The notes below the pieces were generated by a model. The model saw nothing but the letters and a program-made list of their open reading frames with translations, searched no databases and was not told the origin of the DNA. A stretch of DNA of 64,000 nucleotides, taken from positions 864,001 through 928,000 of the forward strand of contig OZ219785.1 in the NCBI GenBank assembly GCA_964291285.2, in the 5' to 3' direction. Source of the DNA: Alphaproteobacteria bacterium (GTDB lineage: Bacteria; Pseudomonadota; Alphaproteobacteria; Bin95). This document shows positions 28,479 to 37,725 of the stretch, piece after piece (the first letter of the stretch is position 1; each line of letters opens with the position of its first letter). The position numbers and the translations under genes were made by a program.

Positions 28479-29474
28479 TCAGGGCACGAGCAGGATCTTG
28501 CCGATATGCGCGCTCGACTCCATCAGCCGATGGGCCTCCGCGGCCTGCGTGAGCGGGAAGCGGGCATGGGTTACGGCGCGGAACGCGCCCGAGGCGAAGC
28601 GCGGCCAGGCATAGTCCGCGACCTCCTTGCAGATTTGCCCCTTCTCCTCGACGGAGCGCGGCCTCAGCATCGAGCCGGTCACGATCAGGTGCTTGCGCTG
28701 GACGAGGCCGAAATTCACCTCCGCCTCCGAGCCCCGCATGAAGGCCACGAAGCAGAGCCGCCCGCCATGGTTCAGCAATTCGAGCTGGCGCGGGATGTAG
28801 TCGCCGCCCACCATGTCGAGGATGACGTCGGCGCCGCCCGCCGCCTCGCGCGCGGCCGCCACGAAATCCTCCTCGCGGTAGTTGATCGCCCGGTCGGCGC
28901 CGAGCGCCTCGCAGGCCGCGACCTTCTCCGCGCTGCCGGCGGTCGCGAGCACGGTGCAGCCCCAGGCCTTGGCGAGCTGGATCGCGGTCGTGCCGATGCC
29001 GCTGGAGCCGCCCTGCACCAGGAAGGTCTCGCCGGGCCGGAGCGCGCAGGTCTGGAAGACATTGGCCCAGACGGTGGCGTAGGTCTCCGGCAGGCCGGCC
29101 GCATCGACCAGGTCCACGCCGTCGGGCACCGCCATGCACTGCGCGGCCGGCACGGCGGTGTATTCGCAGTAGCCGTCGCCGGACAAGAGCGCGCAGACCG
29201 GCTCGCCCACCGCCCGGCCCTCGACGCCCGCGCCGAGGGCGGCCACGGTGCCGGAGCATTCGAGGCCGATGATGTCGGAGGCGCCGGGCGGCAGCGGGTA
29301 GCTGCCGGCGCGCTGCATGCAGTCGGCGCGGTTGATGCCGGCGGCCGCGATGCGGATCAGCACCTCGCCGGGGCCGGGCGTCGGCACCGGGCGGCGTCCG
29401 GGCACCAGCGCCTCCGGGCCTCCGGGCACCGGGGTTTCCATAACGGTCATTTCGGCGGGCAATGCGTTGGCCAT
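28479..29474 (-). CDS. NAD(P)H:quinone oxidoreductase (PIG3 family)
   Basis: GINRAD..QRAG.YP, GLECSG, LPET..TVW.N, GGSSGIG, HIGKI. Confidence 0.9.
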   Translation of the reverse strand: MANALPAEMTVMETPVPGGPEALVPGRRPVPTPGPGEVLIRIAAAGINRADCMQRAGSYPLPPGASDIIGLECSGTVAALGAGVEGRAVGEPVCALLSGDGYCEYTAVPAAQCMAVPDGVDLVDAAGLPETYATVWANVFQTCALRPGETFLVQGGSSGIGTTAIQLAKAWGCTVLATAGSAEKVAACEALGADRAINYREEDFVAAAREAAGGADVILDMVGGDYIPRQLELLNHGGRLCFVAFMRGSEAEVNFGLVQRKHLIVTGSMLRPRSVEEKGQICKEVADYAWPRFASGAFRAVTHARFPLTQAAEAHRLMESSAHIGKILLVP

Positions 29475-29531
29475 CTCGGTCCATTCCGGGTAAAGGGCAG
29501 GGCCCGCGACATTCGCAAGCGGAGGCCCGCC

Positions 29532-29717
29532 ATGCAAGACGAAGACGAGAAACCCCGCCCGCCGGACTACACGCTCGGCGACGACCTCGCCCGGCTCTCG
29601 GTCGGCGACCTGGAGGAGCTCGCCGCCCGGCTCCGCGCCGAGGCCGACCGCGTCGACGAGGAGCGCGAGCGGAAAAAAGGCGCCATCGGCGGGGCGGCCG
29701 CCCTGTTCAGGAACTGA
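29532..29717 (+). CDS. DUF1192 family small protein
   Basis: GDDLARLSVGDLEE...L.AE..R...KK...AAALF; divergent from the quinone oxidoreductase. Confidence 0.8.
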   Translation: MQDEDEKPRPPDYTLGDDLARLSVGDLEELAARLRAEADRVDEERERKKGAIGGAAALFRN

Positions 29718-29797
29718 GCCGCAGCGTTGTTCAAGAAGCCAACCGGACATGCTAACATCCCTTGCAAGCCTGTACCGGAGCGGAGGAGCCGAGGGCT

Positions 29798-29998
29798 GTG
29801 AGAATCAAGGTCGATCCCGATCTCTGCGAGGGCCACAACCGCTGTTATGCGCTGGCGCCGGACCTGTTCGAGGTCGATGACTACGGGCTCTCCCGGGCGC
29901 AGAACGAAGGCATCGTGCCGCCGGGCCGGGAGGACGAGGCCCGGCTCGCTATCGACAATTGTCCCGAATTCGCGATTTCGGTCGTCGAAGAGGACTGA
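29798..29998 (+). CDS. 3Fe-4S-type ferredoxin (P450 partner)
   Basis: CEGHNRC...APDLF...CPE.AI. Confidence 0.88.
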   Translation: MRIKVDPDLCEGHNRCYALAPDLFEVDDYGLSRAQNEGIVPPGREDEARLAIDNCPEFAISVVEED

Positions 29999-30013
29999 AG
30001 GGGGGACAGGCTG

Positions 30014-31249
30014 ATGACCGACGCGCCGGAAAGCTGCCCGGTCCACGACTGGGCGTCCGACTACGACATTTTCGACCCCGGCTATGTGCGCGACCCGGCG
30101 CCGGTCTGGGACGAGCTGCGCGAACGCTGCCCGATTGCGCACACGGAGCGCTGGGGCGGCTCCTGGATGCCGACCCGCTACGAGGACCTGCAGGCGCTCG
30201 TCAAGATGGTGCCGACGCTCTCCTCGCGCTCGGCGGTGGTGGTGCCGCCCTCGCCGGAGCTGCGCGAGGTGCTGGTGGCGGAGGCGAAGAAATACGGCAG
30301 CGAGAACCCGCCGATCACCGCCGACCCGCCCGAGCACCAGCCCTTCCGGCGGCTGATCCTGCCCTTCTTCTCGCCGCGCGCGGTGGAGGGGCACCTCCCC
30401 TATACGCAGGACCTCTGCAACAGCCTGATCGACGGGTTCGCGGACAGGGGCCGGGCCGACGCCGCGGCCGACTACGCCCAGCAGATCACGCCGCGCGTCA
30501 TCGCGCATGTGCTCGGCATCGACCCGGCGCGCGCCGGCGATTTCGTCGAGTGGGTGCGCGGCATCCTGGAGCTCGGCCAGACGCAGCCGGAAATGCGCAT
30601 CAAATATCGCGGCATCATCCGCGACTTCTTCCAGGAGATGGTGACCGAGCGGCGCAAGCATCCCCGCGGCGACGCGATCTCGACCCTGATCGAGGCCGAG
30701 GTCGAGGGCGAGAAGCTCGACGACTACAAGGTCGTCGGCGTTTGCTTCCTGCTGCTGGTGGCGGGCATCGACACCACCTGGAGCTCGATCTCCGCCTCGC
30801 TGCTGCATTTCGCGACCCACCCGGAGGACCAGGCGCGGCTCCGCGCCGAGCCGGAGCTGCTGCAGACGGCGGTGGAGGAGATGCTGCGCTTCTATTCGCC
30901 GGTCACCATGGGCCGCAAGGTGATGGAGCCGGTGGCGTTCGGCGGCGTCGAGATGAAGCCCGGCGACAAGGTGCTGCTCAACTTCCCCGGCGCCAACCGC
31001 GACCCGGCGGCGTTCGAGAAGCCCGACGAGGTGATCCTCGACCGCAAGCGCAACCGCCACATGGCGTTCGGCCTCGGCATCCACCGCTGCGCCGGCTCCA
31101 ACCTCGCGCGCATGGAGATGCAGGTGGCGCTGCGCACATGGTTCGAGCGCATCGGCCCCTTCGAGCTCGAGGACCCGGACGCGGTCACCTGGGCCGGCGG
31201 GCAGGTGCGGGGCCCGCGCACGGTGCCGGTCCGCTTCGCCGCCGCCTGA
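30014..31249 (+). CDS. Cytochrome P450
   Basis: AGIDTT I-helix, EEMLR, FGLGIHRCAG heme Cys. Confidence 0.95.
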   Translation: MTDAPESCPVHDWASDYDIFDPGYVRDPAPVWDELRERCPIAHTERWGGSWMPTRYEDLQALVKMVPTLSSRSAVVVPPSPELREVLVAEAKKYGSENPPITADPPEHQPFRRLILPFFSPRAVEGHLPYTQDLCNSLIDGFADRGRADAAADYAQQITPRVIAHVLGIDPARAGDFVEWVRGILELGQTQPEMRIKYRGIIRDFFQEMVTERRKHPRGDAISTLIEAEVEGEKLDDYKVVGVCFLLLVAGIDTTWSSISASLLHFATHPEDQARLRAEPELLQTAVEEMLRFYSPVTMGRKVMEPVAFGGVEMKPGDKVLLNFPGANRDPAAFEKPDEVILDRKRNRHMAFGLGIHRCAGSNLARMEMQVALRTWFERIGPFELEDPDAVTWAGGQVRGPRTVPVRFAAA

Positions 31250-31281
31250 GGCGGGCGCAGGGCCCGCGGGAGGGAACGCCC

Positions 31282-32526
31282 ATGACCGACAGTCCGGAAC
31301 GCTGCCCGGTCGAGGACTGGGCCAGCGACTACGACATTTTCGACCCCGGCTATGTGCGCGACCCGGCGCCGGTGTGGAAGGAGCTTCGCGGGCGCTGCCC
31401 GATCGCGCACACCGAGCGCTGGGGCGGCTCCTGGCTGCCGACCCGCTACGAGCACCTGCAGCAGATGGTGAAGATGGTGCCGGCGCTCTCCTCCGCCTCG
31501 CCGCTGGTGGTGCCGCCCTCGCCGGAGATGCTGGAGATCCTGGAGGCGGAGACGGAGAAGCACGGCGAGACCAGCCGCACCCCGCCGATCACCTCCGACC
31601 CGCCGCGCCACCGGCCCTACCGGCGCCTCATCATGCCGCTGTTCAGCCCGCATGCGGTGGAGGGTTACATCCCCTACACGCGCACCCTCTGCAACCGGCT
31701 GATCGACGGCTTCGTCGCCGGGGGCCGGGCCGATGCGGCGGCGGACTATGCGGAGCAGATCACCCCGCGCGTCATCGCGCATATCCTCGGCATCGACCCG
31801 GCGCGCGCCGAGGAGTTCGTCGGCTGGGTGCGCGGCGTGCTGGAGATCGGGCTGACCGAGCCGGAGGAGATGGTGCGCTGCCGGACCGCCATCCGCAGCT
31901 TCTTCCAGGAGATGGTGACCGAGCGGCGCCGGAACCCCTGCGGCGACGCCATCTCCCTGCTGATCGACTCGGAGGCCGAGGGCGAGAAGCTGACCGACTA
32001 CCGCATCCTCGGCATGTGCTCGCTGCTGCTGATCGCCGGCATCGACACGACCTGGAGCGCGATCTCCTCCTCGCTCTACCATTTTGCGACCCATCCTGAG
32101 GACCAGGCGCGGCTTCGCGCGGAGCCCGAGCTGCTGCCGACGGCGGTGGAGGAGCTGCTGCGCTTCTACTCGCCCGTCACCATGGGCCGCATCGTGACCG
32201 AGCCGGTCGAGATCGACGGGGCGCGGATGCAGGAGGGCGACAGGGTGCTGCTCAACTTCCCCGGCGCCAACCGCGACCCGGAGGCGTTCGAGCGCGCCGA
32301 CGAGGTGGTGCTGGACCGCGCGCGCAACCGCCACATGGCCTTCGGCCTCGGCATCCACCGCTGCGCCGGCTCCAACCTCGCCCGCATGGAAATGCAGGTG
32401 GCGCTCCGCACCTGGTTCGACCGCATCGGCGCGTTCGAACTGGAGGACGCCGAGGCGGTCACCTGGGCCGGCGGCCAGGTGCGCGGGCCGAGGAAAGTGC
32501 CGGTTCGGTTCGAGGCGACGGGGTAG
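31282..32526 (+). CDS. Cytochrome P450 (tandem paralog)
   Basis: ATG after GGAGGG RBS; AGIDTT, EELLR, FGLGIHRCAG; collinear with the upstream P450. Confidence 0.95.
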   Translation: MTDSPERCPVEDWASDYDIFDPGYVRDPAPVWKELRGRCPIAHTERWGGSWLPTRYEHLQQMVKMVPALSSASPLVVPPSPEMLEILEAETEKHGETSRTPPITSDPPRHRPYRRLIMPLFSPHAVEGYIPYTRTLCNRLIDGFVAGGRADAAADYAEQITPRVIAHILGIDPARAEEFVGWVRGVLEIGLTEPEEMVRCRTAIRSFFQEMVTERRRNPCGDAISLLIDSEAEGEKLTDYRILGMCSLLLIAGIDTTWSAISSSLYHFATHPEDQARLRAEPELLPTAVEELLRFYSPVTMGRIVTEPVEIDGARMQEGDRVLLNFPGANRDPEAFERADEVVLDRARNRHMAFGLGIHRCAGSNLARMEMQVALRTWFDRIGAFELEDAEAVTWAGGQVRGPRKVPVRFEATG

Positions 32527-32580
32527 GCGGGCCGCCGCCGGCCCTTGCCGCGCGCCGGCCGGGTTCCTATGCTGCGGGGC

Positions 32581-33084
32581 ATGACCGGGGCCATCGCCTT
32601 CGACACCCACCGCTTCGTGAAGCGCCTGACGGAGGGCGGCTTCACCGAGAAGCAGGCCGAGACCCTGGCCGAAGAGCAGGTCGCCCTGCTCAACACCAAC
32701 CTGGCGACCAAGGCCGACATCGCAGCGGCGCAGACCGACATCGCGGCAGTCGAGGCCGGGCTGAAGGCCGACCTCGCGGCAGTCGAGGCCGGGCTCAAGG
32801 CCGATCTCGCAAATGTCGAGGCCGGGCTGAAGGCCGATCTCGCAAATGTCGAGGCCGGGCTCAAGGCCGATCTCGCGAAGGTCGAGGCCGGGCTCAAGGC
32901 CGAGATCGCGAGGGTCGAAGGCGGACTCAAGACCGAGATCGCGAGGGTCGAAGGCGGGCTCAAGGCCGAGATCGCGAGGGTCGAAGGCAGCATCGAGGCT
33001 GTCAAGGCCGACCTTCTGAAATGGATGTTCGGCGCGCTGATCGCCCAGGGCGGGCTGATCGTCGCCCTGGTCAAGCTGCTGTAG
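32581..33084 (+). CDS. DUF1640/CCDC90-like coiled-coil membrane-anchored protein
   Basis: FDTHRFVKRL...GFTEKQAE, LATKAD, 11-aa repeats, C-terminal LLKWMFGALIAQGGLIVALVKLL. Confidence 0.85.
   Translation: MTGAIAFDTHRFVKRLTEGGFTEKQAETLAEEQVALLNTNLATKADIAAAQTDIAAVEAGLKADLAAVEAGLKADLANVEAGLKADLANVEAGLKADLAKVEAGLKAEIARVEGGLKTEIARVEGGLKAEIARVEGSIEAVKADLLKWMFGALIAQGGLIVALVKLL
32749..32979 (+). repeat. Seven tandem 33-bp coding repeats (VEAGLKADLAx / VEGGLKxEIAR)
   Basis: Read directly in DNA and protein. Confidence 0.9.
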
Positions 33085-33111
33085 CACCGGTCGGGTTCCG
33101 GGAGGCCGCCG

Positions 33112-33350
33112 CGCCGGCCCTTGCCGCCTGCCGGCCGGATTCCTATGCTTCGGACTATGACCGGGGCCGATATGGAGGCGCCGCGCGTCGATGTCACGGG
33201 AAACGCGGCCCGGCTCAGGGCCGAGTTTGCCGAGGTCGTGGGGGGATTGGGATCGTGCTCGCAAAGTTCAAGGCGGATTTCCTGAAATGCATGTTCGGCG
33301 CGATGATCGTCCAGACTGTGGCGATCGTCGCCCTGACTAAGCTGCTGTAG
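33112..33350 (+). pseudogene. Degenerate second copy of the DUF1640-like gene
   Basis: Upstream and start sequence GCCGGCCCTTGCCGC...TTCCTATGCT...ATGACCGGGGCC repeats 32537-32592; the 3' end encodes KADFLKCMFGAMIVQTVAIVALTKLL-stop; the middle is deleted or frameshifted. Confidence 0.7.
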
Positions 33351-33378
33351 CGCCGGGCTTGAATTGCTGCGACCAGAG

Positions 33379-33708
33379 ATGGCTGACAGGTTCAAGAGGT
33401 CGGCAGCCGTGCCGTTCAATCACAACATGCTCCTCCGCTTGCCGAGCGTTGAGCATACCGTTTACCTGTTTTGGTCGACATCGAAGACCCGGGCGGTATA
33501 TGTGGGCAAGACGGACCGGCCTATACGCCACCGGATGCGGGAGCACTGGCGAGATAGCAGCAATCCGATACTGAAGACTTGGATCGATTGGGCTGCTGAC
33601 GACCTCCTGATGTGCTATATGGAGGTGCCGTGGCCCGATGTGGTCAAGGTGGAGCGTCGGATGATTCGGGCGCTCGATCCTATAGCAAACGACCAGTACA
33701 AACGCTGA
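33379..33708 (+). CDS. Stand-alone GIY-YIG nuclease
   Basis: VYLF...VYVGKT..IRHRMREH...E..MI...PIAN matches the GIY-YIG Tyr/Tyr-Gly/Arg/His/Glu/Asn pattern. Confidence 0.8.
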   Translation: MADRFKRSAAVPFNHNMLLRLPSVEHTVYLFWSTSKTRAVYVGKTDRPIRHRMREHWRDSSNPILKTWIDWAADDLLMCYMEVPWPDVVKVERRMIRALDPIANDQYKR

Positions 33709-34575
33709 ACTGAGGGAATTGGTATGGCCAGCACACTTCCGGCGATGAAGGGCAGCATGGGTGGGACTGAGTACTATCTGATTTCATTGAAGGCCAGTGA
33801 ACTAGTAAATTTGGTCAAGCTGCCGAAGGATATGCCGGGTTGGGACAACCAAACAATCGAGGAAATTTACCAGCGGAATATCAACGAAACGAGGGTGAGA
33901 AATCAAATCGCTCCCTATTTGGCAAAAAACAAGGATACGCGCTTCTTTGGTGCATTGATTGTAGCCGCCTTTAATTTCGATGAGAATGTATATTTTACTC
34001 CTTTGCGGCAAATCGGCGCCGTTTCGGAAAACCGCTTGAGGCCGGAAGAAAAAGAGGCAGCCGACAAGATAGGTATATTGACGCTTGGAGGAGGAGTGAT
34101 GATGGTGCCATTGGATGGGCAGCATCGTTTGCGAGCGCTTGATTTCGCTATGCGCGGCAAAGACCATGCAAACAAAGATATCCCAGGGATCGATGTAGAC
34201 CCCGATCTGGCCAATGAAGACATTTCGGTTATCCTCGTCCCTTATGAGGCGCAAAAGGCGAGGAGGATATTTACCAGGGTAAACAGATATGCGCGACAGC
34301 CAACAGCCTCTGAAACCTATGTGACCGACGATGAGGATGTGTATGCGGTTTTAGCCCGCCGAGTAGCAAATCAGATTGGCGGGCGACTGGTAAAGTATAC
34401 AAGCCCAACCCTTACCCCTACAGACGAGGAATTTACGACACTTGCGATTTTACGTTCGTGTTGTCAGAACATTGTGAAGGCAAGCTTTCCCGATAAGCTT
34501 GTGGCTGCTGCTGAGGGATTGGATGAAGGGGCCGTCGATGCATGTACAAGGAAGGTGTTAGAAATCTGGAGAAGA

Positions 34576-35357
34576 TTAGGTCCTGTGGACGGATTTGATC
34601 AAGATGAAGGCAGCGGCGAGTGCGACGAAGGAGCTGAAGTTTGTGGCGGTCTTTTCGCAGCGCAGGGCGATGCGTTTGAAGCGTTTGAGCTTGCCGACGG
34701 CCTGTTCGATGCGCGCCCGTCCTCTGTAGAGCGCGCTTGCGAAGCGCTTTGGCCTGTTTTTGATGTTCTTCCGGTAGGGAATGACGGTCAGGGCGCCTCT
34801 TTTCCGGGCGAGTTGGCGGTTTCCGGCGCTGTCATAGCCCTTGTCGGCGACGATGGCGCGGGGCCGGACATCGGGGCCGATGTCCATCAGGGTCTCGAAA
34901 TGCGGACTGTCGGCTGCCTCGCCGCCGGTCAGGTCGAAGGCGATCGGCAGGCCGTCGAAATCGGTCTTCAGGTGGATTTTGGTGCTGAAACCGCCCCGCG
35001 AGCGTCCAAGCGCCTGACCCTGCTGCCCCCTTTTGCGCCGGCCGCCGATACATGCGCGCGGGTCACGGTCGAATCGAACATCTGAACCAGGTGCGCCGTG
35101 CTGCTCAAATCCGCCAGCGTGGCGAAAAAGTCCTCGAACACCCCTGAACGGCTCAGACGGTGAAAACGCCGCCATACCGTATTCCAGTGCCCGAACCGCT
35201 CCGGCAGCGCCCGCCAGGTGATGTTGTGAACCGCAAAGAAGTGCAGCGCCTCCAGAAACAGACGGTCGTCCTTCGCCTTCGCACCCCGCCTCGGAAGGCA
35301 AAGCCGGAAAACCTCCAGCGCAACCTCCCAGTCTCCATTCGTCATCTTCGTCGACAT
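34576..35357 (-). CDS. IS5-family transposase, two ORFs joined by a probable programmed frameshift
   Basis: OrfA WRALPERFGHWNTV..RF, DST; OrfB GRSRGGFSTKIH, ADKGYD, R.RIE..KRFKRIA.R; slippery AAAAGGGGG at 35034-35026. Confidence 0.85.
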
Positions 35358-35453
35358 CAACGAAACCCCCGAATCGCCGACGCCTCATGATTCAGACAAA
35401 TCCTCGCACGGGAATCCCTGAACACGCTCCTGAGTCAATACGTCCACAGGGCC
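34579..35453. mobile_element. IS5-family (IS427-like) insertion sequence
   Basis: IRs GGTCCTGTGGACG (34579-34591) / CGTCCACAGGGCC (35441-35453); TA duplication at 34577-34578 and 35454-35455. Confidence 0.88.
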
Positions 35454-35775
35454 TAGTCACGAAGGTGGAGGTCTTTGCAGATTTAACTGCAGACATATCT
35501 GAAGCTGGAGATGGAAAGCGCAAGGATATTAGAAGAATCAATCTGTTGGGTAAGCCTGTGCCGCAGGAATGTCTTGTGTCGGCCTACTTGGCACTGGTAG
35601 ATGATCCGACCAACATGAGCTGGGAAGACGCTTGTCGAGCTCTGAATGCGCTGCCGTGGGAGATTAACGAACGGAATACGGGAGAGATTTGGCAGAATGT
35701 CCTTTGGACAGGGGGGATGGATGGGCGAATTATTACAAATTCGAAAAATCGCTCTATTTCGTCCCGTATGATTAG

Positions 35776-37725
35776 TTATATGGCGGGAGAAATTTTGACC
35801 GAGGAGCAGCAAGACGGATTGTTACAAGAATTCCGCACCTTGTTCCCGGAGGATGTGGCCGCAAGAAAGAGCTTGCCGGAGAAAGTCCAAATAGCAGAAC
35901 CGGAATAGACTAGTACGATTAGTAAGCGGTCACACAGGGCGCGAAAACGCCATAGTTTTGCCGCTGCAAGAGCAAAGGTTTCTGATCGGGCGTCTATATT
36001 GGCAGGGGACCATTCTCGGTATTTGGCCAAGTCTCTGGTTATACGGAATGGGCTATCCTCGAATACCGGTCGCTTGCTTTCGAAGGATGCGTTGAAGCGG
36101 CCACGAGAGTAACTGTCATTGTGACCGAGAAGGGTCAAGTTTCCGAGCCGTGGGATCCAATCACCCAGGTCCGGCCCGATGTCACCGAATTCCTGCCATC
36201 CGGACCAGTGTTGAGCAGATTGGGGCAGCACGTGTTCCACGCTGCATCCAGCGTAGCTGAGTGCAGTGGCGTCGCGTTGCTGTTGTCCGTTCACTCCAAA
36301 CAGCAATCTCTTGGCTCTGCGGCGGTCGGTCAGGCGCGCATTTTTCAGTCGGTCGATGAAGTTTGCATCGGACATGATCTGCGACGAGTCGCAAGCAGAG
36401 AGATCGTCGAGAACGTCTAGGTCCTCGGCGTCTGTGTGCCCGATACCTGCTGCAATTCGCTGGGCACAATTCGCCAAAGCCGGTTCCACGCGGGAAGGCT
36501 CGAATTTGCCTTCGACAAAGGTGGTTCTCATTATGAACGTGGTAAGGTCGGCTATCGCTCGATAGACTGCTATCGCGACGGGGCGCTGAGTGGCGCGTTG
36601 GTGTAAGGCGATGGAGGTGAAGCGTCGAAGAAGAGCGAACAGGAGGGGATAGGTAACGGAGTATCCCCGGAGCTCGTCAAGGAATACGGAGAGATTTCGC
36701 TTATTGCTGGTGGTGCGGGATGCTCTATTGAAGTCCAAAAGGAATTCAGGGTTTGGATTTGTGGAGAATATTGTTCGGAACAATTCGACATTCTTGAGAT
36801 CGGTAAGGTCGTTTACAAGGGCAAGCACATAGTTTTTGGCGTGCTGACCGGTGGTTCGGTTTGAGGACGCATGCAAGATTGCAACGCGAGCGTTTCTGTA
36901 GAATCTGGTTTTCTGTAAATATCCATACCGATTTTGGAGATAGCATCTGAAATAATCTTGAGCGCGTTTGGGACTTCTTAAGGCCGCGAGCGCATTTTCT
37001 ATGTTGTAGTGAACAGATTCATATTGTTGAGTATCGCTGCCTCTGGAAAAATACGAATATATATGATTACGGATCAAATCTATATCTTCGAGAGGTTTAC
37101 CACGAGCATTTAGGGCCTCGAAAACTGCATTGGCGTCTTCGGTGGCAGGTATATAGAGAATTGTTATCTCGACTTTTTGTGTCACGAAGTCGAAAAATGT
37201 TTCGAATTCGCCTTCCTTCAGCGTCAGCAGAAATGAAGTAATGTCAGACCATGCAGACACAAGCTTGCCATTTGTGCCGACCTCATGCCCTTGTATGATT
37301 TGATGAAAGCGGGATCGATCTGAACGAGGGGGCGTAAGCCTAGGGGTTTCATTTTCCAGATTGTCGGAGTCGATTTCACGGTATATCGGCACATCGAATA
37401 AAGTTTTAAGTGAAATATCTTTGCGTTTTCCGTCCAAGTGTGGAGGGGTCTCAAAATGTCTGGCAAAGGCCGCGAAAATAAGCGACAAGGTCATCAACCG
37501 TTGCTGCCCGTCGTTGATTTCCCAATAACCCCCTCGTTGAATGAGCATGATCGAACCGAGAAAATACGATGGGCGGCTTGCGTCATGCGCTTCTTTTATG
37601 TCGGTCAGAAGCTCGTGCACATGCTCTGCGGTCCAGTCGTAGAAGCGTTGATGCCAAGGAACCTGGAAGCGTCCCTTGGCAAGAAGGTCCGGTACGAGAA
37701 GGACCTCGGACGAAATGGAGGTCAT
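35776..37725 (-). CDS. DUF262 + DUF1524 (GmrSD/SspE-type) NTPase-HNH nuclease
   Basis: VPWHQRFYDW, FLGSI, INDGQQRLMT, VFEALNARGKPL; C-terminal SVEHVLPQ...LGNLTLL...N..F..K; ATG overlaps the dndC stop (ATGA). Confidence 0.88.
   Translation of the reverse strand: MTSISSEVLLVPDLLAKGRFQVPWHQRFYDWTAEHVHELLTDIKEAHDASRPSYFLGSIMLIQRGGYWEINDGQQRLMTLSLIFAAFARHFETPPHLDGKRKDISLKTLFDVPIYREIDSDNLENETPRLTPPRSDRSRFHQIIQGHEVGTNGKLVSAWSDITSFLLTLKEGEFETFFDFVTQKVEITILYIPATEDANAVFEALNARGKPLEDIDLIRNHIYSYFSRGSDTQQYESVHYNIENALAALRSPKRAQDYFRCYLQNRYGYLQKTRFYRNARVAILHASSNRTTGQHAKNYVLALVNDLTDLKNVELFRTIFSTNPNPEFLLDFNRASRTTSNKRNLSVFLDELRGYSVTYPLLFALLRRFTSIALHQRATQRPVAIAVYRAIADLTTFIMRTTFVEGKFEPSRVEPALANCAQRIAAGIGHTDAEDLDVLDDLSACDSSQIMSDANFIDRLKNARLTDRRRAKRLLFGVNGQQQRDATALSYAGCSVEHVLPQSAQHWSGWQEFGDIGPDLGDWIPRLGNLTLLGHNDSYSRGRFNASFESKRPVFEDSPFRITRDLAKYREWSPANIDARSETFALAAAKLWRFRALCDRLLIVLVYSGSAIWTFSGKLFLAATSSGNKVRNSCNNPSCCSSVKISPAI

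Larger units (their letters stand above)
33724..35908 (+). pseudogene. DGQHR-domain (DndB-like, ParB/Srx superfamily) protein interrupted by IS5
   Basis: YQR, FFGAL, LDGQHR, IF..VN motifs. Removing 34579-35455 restores ...EIWRRL|VTKVEVFADLT..., a 435-aa ORF. Confidence 0.85.

Noticed and set aside
32749-32979. 33-bp periodic repeats as a CRISPR array
   Set aside because: Contiguous in-frame coding repeats with no unique spacers and no cas genes.
33724-35085. 453-aa ORF as a complete native protein
   Set aside because: Residues after EIWRRL are read-through into the antisense strand of the IS5 element.
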